A stretch of DNA of 64,000 nucleotides, taken from positions 288,001 through 352,000 of the forward strand of contig CAWGMA010000001.1 of NCBI GenBank assembly GCA_963823555.1, read 5' to 3'. The stretch is from Candidatus Eiseniibacteriota bacterium (GTDB lineage: Bacteria; Eisenbacteria; RBG-16-71-46; CAVPCR01). A program made the position numbers and the translations under genes. Shown here in pieces: positions 10,302 through 19,894 of this stretch. Position 1 is the stretch's first letter, and every line of letters starts with the position of its first letter. The notes under the pieces are model-generated. The model saw only the letters and a list, made by a program, of their open reading frames with translations. It was not told where the DNA came from and searched no databases.

Positions 10302-12167
10302 ATGGATCATCCTCGGCAGTCATCGCTTCCTCCTCGCGGCTTCCCGGTGCGGACCGGCACCGCTCGGCATGCGGGTAGGCGCCGGTTGGACCGCTCCCTG
10401 GCGGCGGTGCTGGTCGCGAGCTCGATCCTGGCGGTCCTCGCGGCGGGCCCGGCGCTCGGCGCCGCAGGCGAGTCCGATCTCCTGGCGGAAGGGATCGGTG
10501 CGCGCGAGCGGGCACTCGGCAGCGGCCTCGTGATCGCCGAGCCCGGCGTGGCCTTGTTCTGGAATCCAGCGCGACTCGCCCTCGCCGAGGGCACCACGGT
10601 GCACGCCCATCTAGCGCCGTTGCCGGAGGGGGCCAGCCTCGACGCCGTGGGCGTGGCCTGGCCCTTCGGGCCCGGTGTGCTCGGTGGCGGTCTGGCGCGC
10701 ATCGGGGTCGGCGATATCGAGACCTACGACGTCACCGGGGTTCCCACCGGAGCCGTCTCCTTCGGCGATGTCGAGCTCAGCGGTGGGTATGCCCTCGGTT
10801 TCGCCTGGCCGTTTGGCATCGCTCAGCCGAAGGGCGCTGAGGGTGGCTCGATGCAAGCGCAAGCCGGCTCCGCCTTCGATGTGGGCGTTGCCTTCCGCAT
10901 CCGGAGGCAGAGCTTCGCCGACCGGGCCGCCACCGGTTTCGGCATCGACCTCGGCCTCTCCGCCCGCCCCCGGCCCGCGCTCGAGCTCGGGCTCCGGGCA
11001 CGGAATCTACTGAGCCCGTCGCTGACCGTGGGCAGCGAGGCGGAGCACCTGCCGCGATCCCTGCACCTCGGGGCCGCCTACACCCGCGCCGTGGCCGGAC
11101 GCCCGTTGCTGCTCACGGCCGAGACGGGCTTCGGCGGGGGAGTGGCCTCCCTGGCCGGGGGCGCCGAGTTCCCGATCACCAGCGCTCTCAGCGGGCGGGC
11201 CGGTATCGCCGGCGGCACGCCACGCTTCGGAGTCGGCTTCGCCGCCGGGTTCCTCGCCTTCGATTACGGCCTCGAGTCGCATGATCTGGGGCTCGTTCAC
11301 CTGGCCTCGGTCACCGTTCGCTTCGGGGAGGGGGCGAGGGACCGTGTCGAGCGCGCGGAGTCGGCCATTGCCGCCGAGCGCGACGCGGCTGCGGCCCGCG
11401 CTGCCGAGGAAGCGCGCTCCCAGGCCGCCGCGGAATTGCGGTCCCAGGCCAGGGCCACCGCGGACAGCGGCGACCCGCTGGCGGTGCGCGCCGGCTGGCT
11501 CGCGCTCCTGGCCCAGCATCCGGGCGATGAGGAGGCGATGTCGGCGCTCGCCGAGATCGAGGCGCGCGAGGCGGCCGCGGTTCGTGATTCGCTCGAGAGG
11601 CGAGAGCAGCAGCACGCAGCCGAGATCGAACGGCTCCGCGCCGAGGCGCGGCAGCACGAGGCCTCGGGCGACCCAGCGGGAGCCGCCGTGGCCTGGGGGC
11701 GGGTCCTCATGATCGCTCCGAGCGATCCCGCGGCCACGGCCAGTCTTGCCCGAGTGCAGGCCGAGCTCACCGCCACCGCCGACAGCCTGGCTCACACGCG
11801 TGCCAATCTCGGAGAGCGCGACGCCGAGCTCATGCGCATTCGTCTCTTCGTGCGTGCGCTCGAGGCGCACTCCGCCGACGATAACGAACGGGCGCTCGCC
11901 ACCCTCGACTCGCTGCTCGTCATCGCTCCCCACGATGAAGCGGCGCTCGATCTGCGCCGGCGCATCGCGCCTTCGAGTACCTTGAACGATCCTCGGGTAC
12001 GGGAGGAGGCACGCCAGCTCTACATCGAGGGCATGCGGCTGTTCAACGCCGGCGACTACGCCGGAGCTATCCGCTACTGGGAGGAGCTTCTGGCTCTTGA
12101 TCCGGGGAACGCAGCCGTCCGGCTCAACCTCGAGGAAGCGCGACTCCGCCAGAGGCGTGGACCATGA
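10302..12167 (+). CDS. PorV/PorQ-like outer-membrane beta-barrel fused to a helical/TPR C-terminal region
   Basis: GIGARERALG...ALFWNPARLA N-terminal motif, amphipathic strands ending FDYG...HLASVTVRFG, TPR-like tail LYIEGMRLFNAGDYAGAIRYWEELLALDPGN. Confidence 0.75.
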   Translation: MDHPRQSSLPPRGFPVRTGTARHAGRRRLDRSLAAVLVASSILAVLAAGPALGAAGESDLLAEGIGARERALGSGLVIAEPGVALFWNPARLALAEGTTVHAHLAPLPEGASLDAVGVAWPFGPGVLGGGLARIGVGDIETYDVTGVPTGAVSFGDVELSGGYALGFAWPFGIAQPKGAEGGSMQAQAGSAFDVGVAFRIRRQSFADRAATGFGIDLGLSARPRPALELGLRARNLLSPSLTVGSEAEHLPRSLHLGAAYTRAVAGRPLLLTAETGFGGGVASLAGGAEFPITSALSGRAGIAGGTPRFGVGFAAGFLAFDYGLESHDLGLVHLASVTVRFGEGARDRVERAESAIAAERDAAAARAAEEARSQAAAELRSQARATADSGDPLAVRAGWLALLAQHPGDEEAMSALAEIEAREAAAVRDSLERREQQHAAEIERLRAEARQHEASGDPAGAAVAWGRVLMIAPSDPAATASLARVQAELTATADSLAHTRANLGERDAELMRIRLFVRALEAHSADDNERALATLDSLLVIAPHDEAALDLRRRIAPSSTLNDPRVREEARQLYIEGMRLFNAGDYAGAIRYWEELLALDPGNAAVRLNLEEARLRQRRGP

Positions 12168-14917
12168 TGCCGCTCCTCAGGCGCCCCCAGGGTCCGCGGC
12201 GGGCGACGCTGAGCGTCGATGCCCGCCCCGAGGATCTGCCGCAGGTCCGCACCTTCATCGAGGATGCGCTGCGTGCGACGCCCCTGGGCGAGCGGTCGCG
12301 CCGCGAGGTGCGTCTCGGCGTCGATGAGGCCTGCGCCAACATCATCGAGCATGCCTATGCCGGACGAGCGGGCACCATCGGTGTCGAGATCGTCACCGAT
12401 GGCCATCAGGTGGCCATCACCCTCAACGACAACGGCAAGGCCTTCGATCCGCATGCGGTCGGCACGCCCGACTTGAGCCGCTATGTCAAGACCGGGAAGA
12501 AGGGTGGCTTCGGCCTCTACCTCATCCACAAGACCATGGATGAGGTCCGACATGAGCGCGCCGGTGACGAGAACCGACTCACCCTGGTCAAACGCTTCGA
12601 GCCCGGTCCGCAGGGCCGGGGAGCCAAGGTGCTGGCCTGGCTCCAGTCCAGGCTGCGCACGCGCAGCCTCCGGCTGCGCTTCTTCATCCAGGCCAGTGTG
12701 CTCCTCGTGGTTCTGCTCTCCGGAGCCGCGGCCGTGTTGCTGGGACGCGCCGGGGCGATGGCCAAGCGCGAAGTGATCACGAGCGGGGTGGCTCTGGCCA
12801 CCAGCCTGCGCGCGCAGGCTCTGGATCTCCTGCTCAGACCGCAGGCCTTCGGGCCCAAGCAGACCCAGCTCAACGCAGCGGCCAAGACGGCGGTGTCGCG
12901 CACACAGATCGCCAGCGTCATCGTCACCGATACCACGGACACGATCTGGGCGGCGAGCGATGAGGATCTGCTGCTCAGCTTCTTCGAGCCTCCAGCCAAC
13001 GTGCTTCGCGTTCCACCCGAGGCCGACGCCAAGGCGCTCGCCGATCACGCGACGCCGATCGGCGATCGGTACCTGATTGCGCTGCCGATCGCGGCTCCCG
13101 GTGCGCCGGCGGAGCGTGGCCCCGACCTCGGCGTGCTCTATGTCGCCGTTCTGGAATCCACGATCGACCTCCAGGCCGCGGCCGCCCGCCGTGACATCCT
13201 GGTGGTTACCCTCATGATCTTCGGCGCCGGGCTCGCTGCGGTCGCGCTCCTCGTGCGCCTGATCGTCAAGCCGATCCAGCGCTTGACCGAGGGGGTACGC
13301 GCCATCGGCACCGGGCAGGAGCAGCGCCTCGAGGAAGCCGGCCTCGAAGAGCTCGATGCCATCGCCCGGGCGTTCAACGACGTGACCCGGAAGTTCCGCG
13401 ATGCGCAGACCAGCCTGGTCGAGCGCGAGCGCTTGCAGCAGGAAGTCGAGGTCGCCAAGTCGATCCAGCACTCGCTGCTACCGCGCGCCCTGCCGGAGAT
13501 GTCGGGTTTCGAGATCGGCACCATGTACCAGGCCGCCAAGGAAGTGGGTGGCGACTACTATGACTTCGTGCATGTCGGTGAAGAGACCTGGGGTCTCGCC
13601 GTCGCCGATGTCTCGGGCAAGGGGGTGCCGGCCTCGCTCGTCATGATGATGATCCGGACGGCCCTCCGACTCGAGGCCCGGGGCGAGCGCGCGGCGGCCG
13701 AGGTTCTCGATCGGGTCAATCGCTTCGTCACCGCGGACATGAAGAAGGGCATGTTCGTGACGATGTTCTACGTCGTGCTCGATTCGAAGGAGCGGCTCAT
13801 CAGCTACGCCTCTGCCGGGCACAATCCGATGATCCTCTATCGCGCCGCCACCGACGAGACCTACTTCCTCAAGCCGAAGGGGTTCCCGGTGGGCATCGAT
13901 CTTCCCGACTCGAGCCTATTTGCCCGCTCGATCGGGGTGGAGAGGGTGGCGCTCGAGCAGGGTGATCTCCTGGTCATCTACACGGATGGCATCACCGAGG
14001 CCATGGATGCCCAGATGCGGCAGTTCGGCACCGAGCGGCTCCTCCAATCCATCAAGCGCAATGCCCACCTCTCCCCTCAGGACTTTTGTCTTCAGTTGGA
14101 GCGGGAGCTGGCCGAATTTACTGGCGACACCCCGCAAAACGACGACATCACCCTGGTGGCGATCAAGGAGCGGATGTCCGCCCCCGAGCTCATGCTGGAA
14201 GCCCGGGAGCGCCTGCTGAGTCGCGTGGAGGTAGACCGCGTGCCGGTTCAGCAAGCGTGCGATGAGACCGGAGTCTCCACCTCGACCTACTACCGGTACC
14301 GGCGCCTGCGGGAGACGGCCGGCCGCGAGGGGCTCCGGGACCGGCGCAAACGGCCGGAACCGGCTCGCCTCTCCAATGAGCAGGAGAAAGTCCTCAAGGA
14401 TCTGATCCGCGAGGATCCCGATCGCGGTGCCAATCGTCTCGCCGAGGCGCTGAGCACCGCATCGGGTCAGATCATCAAGGCCAGTCGCGTGACGTCGTCC
14501 CTGCGCCGCCTCAAGCTCAGCAGACGGGCGGCCCGCCGGGAGTTTGCCGGGGTCGCGGCATCCACACCACGTTCCGCAGCGCGGCCCCGACCCGCGGCGG
14601 CGAAGACGGTAGACCCGATCCCTGCGGCCGGGCCGGAGGAACGGGAGCCGTCGGCAACCGAGGGTGTGGTCGAGGAGCCGGTAATAGCGGAGGCCGTGGG
14701 AGAGGAGCCGACGACGGCCGAGGGCTCCGAACTGGAACCCATGGCGCCATCGCCGGTCGCCATCGACGGCGTTGGCGGACGGGATGATGTGATCGTTCAA
14801 GGCGAGAATGCGGACCGGCAGGAGGCGCCGAGCGAGTCGGTGCGGTTCTTGCCATTGCCCAAGTCCAGAGATCCAATGGAGTCCGACGAGGACGAACTCG
14901 ACCTCACCGGGAGCTAG
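12164..14917 (+). CDS. Fusion protein: RsbW/SpoIIAB-type HATPase + 2 TM + HAMP + SpoIIE/PP2C phosphatase + HTH
   Basis: DEACANIIEHAY, DNGKAFD and GGFGLYLI kinase boxes; VGGDYYD, ADVSGKG, YTDGITEA and DDIT phosphatase motifs; ACDETGVSTSTYYRY HTH. Confidence 0.9.
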   Translation: MMPLLRRPQGPRRATLSVDARPEDLPQVRTFIEDALRATPLGERSRREVRLGVDEACANIIEHAYAGRAGTIGVEIVTDGHQVAITLNDNGKAFDPHAVGTPDLSRYVKTGKKGGFGLYLIHKTMDEVRHERAGDENRLTLVKRFEPGPQGRGAKVLAWLQSRLRTRSLRLRFFIQASVLLVVLLSGAAAVLLGRAGAMAKREVITSGVALATSLRAQALDLLLRPQAFGPKQTQLNAAAKTAVSRTQIASVIVTDTTDTIWAASDEDLLLSFFEPPANVLRVPPEADAKALADHATPIGDRYLIALPIAAPGAPAERGPDLGVLYVAVLESTIDLQAAAARRDILVVTLMIFGAGLAAVALLVRLIVKPIQRLTEGVRAIGTGQEQRLEEAGLEELDAIARAFNDVTRKFRDAQTSLVERERLQQEVEVAKSIQHSLLPRALPEMSGFEIGTMYQAAKEVGGDYYDFVHVGEETWGLAVADVSGKGVPASLVMMMIRTALRLEARGERAAAEVLDRVNRFVTADMKKGMFVTMFYVVLDSKERLISYASAGHNPMILYRAATDETYFLKPKGFPVGIDLPDSSLFARSIGVERVALEQGDLLVIYTDGITEAMDAQMRQFGTERLLQSIKRNAHLSPQDFCLQLERELAEFTGDTPQNDDITLVAIKERMSAPELMLEARERLLSRVEVDRVPVQQACDETGVSTSTYYRYRRLRETAGREGLRDRRKRPEPARLSNEQEKVLKDLIREDPDRGANRLAEALSTASGQIIKASRVTSSLRRLKLSRRAARREFAGVAASTPRSAARPRPAAAKTVDPIPAAGPEEREPSATEGVVEEPVIAEAVGEEPTTAEGSELEPMAPSPVAIDGVGGRDDVIVQGENADRQEAPSESVRFLPLPKSRDPMESDEDELDLTGS

Positions 14918-14944
14918 CGGGAACCGACCCGCGCGGAGGACACG

Positions 14945-15340
14945 ATGCGAGGAATCGATGTCATTGTTGAGGAGACGGGGCCGAACAGCGAGATCGCCGT
15001 CGTGCGGGTTACCGGCTACGTCGATACCACCACCTCGCATGAGCTGGAGAAGAAGATCAACTCCATCCTGGAGCGCCGGATCTACAACATCGTGGTCGAC
15101 TTGACCGGGGTGGACTATGTCTCCAGCGCCGGCTGGGGGATCTTCATCGGTGAGATCCGGGAGATCCGCGAGCAGCATGGCGACTTGAAGCTCGCTGGCA
15201 TGTCGCCCGATGTCTACGAGGTGTTCGAGCTCCTCGAGTTCCAGAACATCCTGGAAGCCTATCCCTCGGCTGCCGAGGCGGTCGAACGCCTCGAATCGGA
15301 GCTCGCGGGCCGGGGAGCGCGGCGCGTCGCCGAGGCGTAG
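14945..15340 (+). CDS. STAS-domain anti-sigma factor antagonist (RsbV/SpoIIAA family)
   Basis: GYVDTTT, IVVDLTGVDYVSSAGWG with the conserved Ser, VYEVFELL; GGAGG RBS. Confidence 0.92.
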   Translation: MRGIDVIVEETGPNSEIAVVRVTGYVDTTTSHELEKKINSILERRIYNIVVDLTGVDYVSSAGWGIFIGEIREIREQHGDLKLAGMSPDVYEVFELLEFQNILEAYPSAAEAVERLESELAGRGARRVAEA

Positions 15341-15410
15341 GAGATCCCGGGACCTCCCATCGTCCAGCCAGGACAGCTCCCGATGCCGTCGTTCCCGGCG
15401 GCTTTCCCTT

Positions 15411-15454
15411 CGAACGGGCCTCGACCGGGGCCCGTTCGCCATTTCCGGTTTTCT
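15411..15454 (+). terminator. Putative intrinsic terminator after the STAS gene
   Basis: CGAACGGGCC/GGCCCGTTCG 10-bp stem followed by an interrupted T-rich tract. Confidence 0.45.
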
Positions 15455-15817
15455 CACGTGTCATGCCCACGCCCGTGACATGATCGTTCACTCCGTTGCC
15501 GATCTCCGGACCCTTCGCAGCTGACGAGGGAGCGAGTGGAACGGACCCTGAGGGCTCCGTCGGCGCCTTCGGCGCGAGCGCGCCCGATGGCGATGGGGGT
15601 GGCTATCCTGGCCCGGGCTATGCTATTCGGACGTGCGGTGTGCAGCCTGGAGGGAACCAGCGGGGCCAGGCCGGGTGAAGGACGGGGGCCCACCCGCGGT
15701 GGCACTCGGCCCGGGATCGGTGCTCCCGGCAACCCCCGGGTTGGCCCTGGGACAGCCCCCGGCGCAGTCTAGAGGCCCCCGTCCGCGGACTGAACTCGAA
15801 CCCGGTGTGATCTTCCT

Positions 15818-18082
15818 ATGTCCTGGCCCATCAAATCGATATCCCTGGGCGTCGGCGGTGCCTGGATCGCCCTGTTCTGGCTCGGCCTGGCTGCGGCGCT
15901 GGCGCTTGCGATCTGGGCCTATCGCGCGCCGGTCCCGCCCCTGCCGCGAACGAGCCGGATCCTCTTGGGGGCGCTTCGCTTCCTGTCCCTCGGGCTGCTC
16001 ATCCTGACCCTCTTTCAGCCCGTGATCACCGTGGCTGCCAAGGCCGGGAACCGACCCCTGGTGGCCGTGCTCGTCGATCTCTCGAGCAGCATGGCCTTGC
16101 CGGCAGTCAGCACTCAGGCCGATACCACCAGTCGTTTCGAAGTCGCGCGCAGCGTGGTCTCCGGGCTGCTCCCCCATCTCGATGGGGAGTTCGACGTCGA
16201 GCTCCATGGGTTCGGAGTGGATGTGACCGGGATCGAACCCGGTGACAGATCGGTGCTCGAGGATGCAGTTCCCGGCGCGCCGGCCACCGCGCTGGCCCCG
16301 GCGCTGAGCGCCATTCTCAATGGCGAAACCCAGCGCCCGGCCGCGGTCGTGCTCATCTCGGATGGTGGAGTGAACAGCGGGAGGGATCCGGTGGCGCTCG
16401 CCGAGCGCTCGGCCATTCCCATGATCACCATCCCGACCTCGCTCGACTCCACCGTCCATGACGTCTGGGTGGCGGAGTGTCTGGCCAATCGCTCGGCGCA
16501 TCTGGGACAGGAGACTCTGATCTCGGTCACTCTCTCGAGCAATCTCACGGTCGCTACACGCGTGGGTGTCGTTCTCCGGGAGGAAGACCGCATCTTGACC
16601 CGCGAGCAAGTGACCTTGCCCGAGGGCCCGGCTCGCGTACCGGTCGAGGTCCGCTTCCGCCCGGATCGGCTGGGGGCTCATCGCTACTCGGTCGAAGTGG
16701 AGGCGGTCCCGGGCGAGCTGACCGCGGGGAACAACTCCCGGTCATTCCCGATCCGAGTCGAGGAGGAGCGCCTGCAGCTGCTTCTCATCGCCGATCGGCC
16801 GACGTGGGATTTCACCTTCATCCGCCGTGCGCTGGCTGCCGACCGGACGCTGGCCGTGACGGCGCTCATCAAGAAAGGCCACGAAGGGGATGGCTTCCAG
16901 CCCTTGAGCGGCGCGAAGCTCGGATCGTTGCCCACTCGTGCGCGAGAGATCGCGGCCTTCGGCGCCGTCGTTCTCGTCGATGTGGACATGGCGCAGCTCC
17001 CGGCAGACACGCGCACCGCGCTGGCAGGCTTCGCCCGTGATGGCGGAGGCCTTCTCATCGTGAACCCCAGGGAGAGTGGTCGCAGCGTGAGCGCAGGCTC
17101 CGAGCTGGAGCGCATACTGCCGGTGCGTCCCGCCCCCGCCGCGGCCCCACCGGTGCTCGTCACGCCGCGCCTCACGGTTTCGGGATCCGTGCACCCGGTC
17201 ACCGCCTTCGGCGAGTCGCCGTCGCGCGCGGAGCAGATCTGGGCGGAGCTACCTCCGGTGCGCATGGCGTCGCCGCTCGAGGTCGGGCTCGCCGGCGATG
17301 TGCTGGTCGAGGGGCTGGGCGCGGGTAACCCAGTGCCCTTGGTCATCGCCGGGCGCACGCCGAGCGGTCGTGCTCTCATCGTCAATGCCGCGCTGGCCTG
17401 GCGGTGGAGTTTCCTCCTGGCCGGGACCACGGGTGATGACCTGGTCCACCGTCGTTTCTGGAGTGAGGCTGTGACCTGGGTGGCCCGAGGGCAAGGCGGC
17501 GGCAACCTCGAGGTTCATGCCGATCAATCCGTCTTTCTCCAGGGGCGAGAGGTCACGCTCGGAGCCCGCCTCACCGATGACGAGCTGAAGCCCATGGGCG
17601 ACGCGGAGGTCGCGATCGAGATCGAGTCCCTCGAACGCATGCCGACCGGAGCCGGCGCCGGATCCCCACCCGGATTGCCGGAGAAGCGGCGGGTGGTCCT
17701 GGGTCCGGCCGAGGCGCTCGGCAGCTACTCGGGCGCGGCGGGATATCTGCCGCCGGGGCTCTATCGCCTGCAAGGAGACGCCAAGCGCGGCCCGGCGGAG
17801 TGGAAGGCGGAGGGAGCGCAGTTCCTCGTCGACCAGGCCAGCGTCGAGGCGGCAACACCGGATGCCAATCCCGATCTCATGCGGCGGCTTGCCGCGCGCA
17901 CGGGGGGGGCCTTCGTGCTGCCCGATGACGTGGTCGACTCGGTGCGGAAGATCGCCAGGGAACAGGCCATGGCCGAACACACCATCGAGATCAAGCTGTG
18001 GAACCACGCTGGGTTGTTCATCGCCTTCGTGTGCTGTGCCTCGCTCGAGTGGTTTCTCCGGCGCCGGCGAGGTCTCGCCTGA
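15818..18082 (+). CDS. Membrane-anchored VWA-domain protein with GATase-like middle domain
   Basis: Two N-terminal TMs, MIDAS-like VLVDLSSSM and LISDG, C-terminal TM ending EWFLRRRRGLA. Confidence 0.8.
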   Translation: MSWPIKSISLGVGGAWIALFWLGLAAALALAIWAYRAPVPPLPRTSRILLGALRFLSLGLLILTLFQPVITVAAKAGNRPLVAVLVDLSSSMALPAVSTQADTTSRFEVARSVVSGLLPHLDGEFDVELHGFGVDVTGIEPGDRSVLEDAVPGAPATALAPALSAILNGETQRPAAVVLISDGGVNSGRDPVALAERSAIPMITIPTSLDSTVHDVWVAECLANRSAHLGQETLISVTLSSNLTVATRVGVVLREEDRILTREQVTLPEGPARVPVEVRFRPDRLGAHRYSVEVEAVPGELTAGNNSRSFPIRVEEERLQLLLIADRPTWDFTFIRRALAADRTLAVTALIKKGHEGDGFQPLSGAKLGSLPTRAREIAAFGAVVLVDVDMAQLPADTRTALAGFARDGGGLLIVNPRESGRSVSAGSELERILPVRPAPAAAPPVLVTPRLTVSGSVHPVTAFGESPSRAEQIWAELPPVRMASPLEVGLAGDVLVEGLGAGNPVPLVIAGRTPSGRALIVNAALAWRWSFLLAGTTGDDLVHRRFWSEAVTWVARGQGGGNLEVHADQSVFLQGREVTLGARLTDDELKPMGDAEVAIEIESLERMPTGAGAGSPPGLPEKRRVVLGPAEALGSYSGAAGYLPPGLYRLQGDAKRGPAEWKAEGAQFLVDQASVEAATPDANPDLMRRLAARTGGAFVLPDDVVDSVRKIAREQAMAEHTIEIKLWNHAGLFIAFVCCASLEWFLRRRRGLA

Positions 18083-18136
18083 GGATCCCAGTATTCCCCT
18101 GAACCGACCCCTGACCGAAAACTCGGGCGACCGGAG

Positions 18137-19894
18137 GTGGTGGCCATGTGCCGCAACCGGAAGTCGTCCGGGCCCTGCCCAGCCGTTCTGCCTTCCGCCG
18201 GTCCTCCCATCCTCTGTCGCATCCTTCTCGTGGCGGCCCTTGCTGCTCCCGGATCAGGTAGCGCCGGTCTGTTCCTCAATGAGGTGCTCTATGACCCGAT
18301 CGGGGTCGACGACGGACTCGAGTTCGTCGAGCTCTACTCGACCGGGCCGGAGCTGCTGGATCTCGGGCGAGTCGCCATCGAGCGCGGCAACGGGAACCGG
18401 CCGGGCGACTGGCGGGAGGTATGGCATGGAACGTCAGGCGACAGCCTAGCGCCGGGCGTTCCCTTCGTTGTGGGCGGCGAGCGAGTCTCACCGGAACCTG
18501 GCGCCGTCGCCCAGCTCAACCTGCAGAACGGCCCGGACGGGTGTCGCCTGCTTGTCGACGGCACCGTGGTGGATGTCCTGGGTTGGGGTGACCTCACCGG
18601 CGCTGAGTTCTTCGCCGGCGCTCCGGCTCCGGATGTCGCCGCGGGATCGAGTCTCGGGCGGGTGCCCGACGGCCACGACACCGGGCGCAACGACCTGGAT
18701 TTCCACGCATTCACGACGCCCAGTCCCGGCAGGCCGAACCGCAGGCCGCCCCGGCTCAAGCTCGGAAGCCCGGGGCACAGGAGCAGCGCCGAAGCAAACC
18801 CACGGCTGGAGGTCGAGTGGGTGGTGACGGCGGATGAAGAGCAGAGTGTTGCTTCATTCGAAGTCCGGGCTTTCCCCTGCTCCATTCCCGAGATGCGCGT
18901 CGCCGCGCAGGCCCGGCTGACGGATGGCGAGGCGAGCGGGGTGCTGGTCCTCGGTCCGCTCCGCCCGGGTCCCTTGGAGATCTGCCTCGTATGTATCGAA
19001 TCCGTACCGGGTGGAATCCCCGAGGAGCATCTCCCCGATACCCTGCGTGTGGTCGCCCGGGCCGGCCCGGGTCCGCTCCGCGTGAACGAGTTTCTCTACC
19101 GTCCGGCGGCCGGGGAGACCGAGTGGATCGAGATCGTCAATTGTAGCCTCGACACCCTCGCCATCGCGGACTTCGCCCTGGCCGACAGCCGGAGCCAGCC
19201 GGTCGAGCTGGCCGGCGCCCCCATGATCCCGCCCGGCGGCTTGCTCGTGATCTCTGCCGATCGGCTGCCGGCTCCGGTCGCGTCCCATGTGGTCGGCTCG
19301 CGATGGCCGGCCCTCAACGATGCCGGGATGCCCTTCGCCGATCGGATCCGACTCCTCGATGCTGAGGCCCGCACCAGCGATGACGTGGCCTACGGTGCCG
19401 ACTGGGCTCCAGCCGGCGTTTCAGTCGAGCGAGTTTCAACCGATCTGCCAAGCGGGGACCGCGCCGCATGGAGTGCATCGGCGGCCGGATCGTCGCCCGG
19501 CATCCCGAATGCCGTGGCGCTGGAATTGAAACCAGTCCGTGGATTCTTGAATGTCGATCCCGATCTGGTGCGGGCTGGGACTGAACAAACGATCGTCGTG
19601 CAATTCGCTCATCCGCTCCGGCGCGGTGTGCTCACGGTCCATGCAAGCGACGGGCGGTTGGTCCGCCGTTTCGCGGAGGAGGAGCTCATGGGCCGGCGGC
19701 TCCTGGTGTGGAACGGTCGAGGCGGATCCGGAGACCTCCTGCCGCCGGGGCTCTACTTGATGACATTTGCCGGAGAGGAGGGGGAGGCGGCGTCCATGTC
19801 CCTGGGTGTTGCCGACGAGGACGACCGCAGCATGGGGCAGGGGACGGGGTCCGGCAGTCGAGTCATCCGGACCACGCTCGTGGTCGCTCCATGA
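18137..19894 (+). CDS. Secreted protein with two lamin-tail domains and a degenerate FlgD-Ig-like CTD
   Basis: LNEVLYDP...EFVELY and VNEFLYRP...EWIEIVN repeats with PSPG/SSPG..N ends; C-terminal DGRLVRR...WNGRGGSGDLLPPGLY. Confidence 0.8.
   Translation: MVAMCRNRKSSGPCPAVLPSAGPPILCRILLVAALAAPGSGSAGLFLNEVLYDPIGVDDGLEFVELYSTGPELLDLGRVAIERGNGNRPGDWREVWHGTSGDSLAPGVPFVVGGERVSPEPGAVAQLNLQNGPDGCRLLVDGTVVDVLGWGDLTGAEFFAGAPAPDVAAGSSLGRVPDGHDTGRNDLDFHAFTTPSPGRPNRRPPRLKLGSPGHRSSAEANPRLEVEWVVTADEEQSVASFEVRAFPCSIPEMRVAAQARLTDGEASGVLVLGPLRPGPLEICLVCIESVPGGIPEEHLPDTLRVVARAGPGPLRVNEFLYRPAAGETEWIEIVNCSLDTLAIADFALADSRSQPVELAGAPMIPPGGLLVISADRLPAPVASHVVGSRWPALNDAGMPFADRIRLLDAEARTSDDVAYGADWAPAGVSVERVSTDLPSGDRAAWSASAAGSSPGIPNAVALELKPVRGFLNVDPDLVRAGTEQTIVVQFAHPLRRGVLTVHASDGRLVRRFAEEELMGRRLLVWNGRGGSGDLLPPGLYLMTFAGEEGEAASMSLGVADEDDRSMGQGTGSGSRVIRTTLVVAP

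Noticed and set aside
14190..14917. Insertion sequence in the phosphatase gene
   Set aside because: Only an HTH region; no DDE domain, terminal inverted repeats or target duplication seen
15640..15810. Cobalamin riboswitch or RNase P RNA (AGGGAA, GAACCCGG fragments)
   Set aside because: No B12 box or GAGGAAAGTCC core found on either strand
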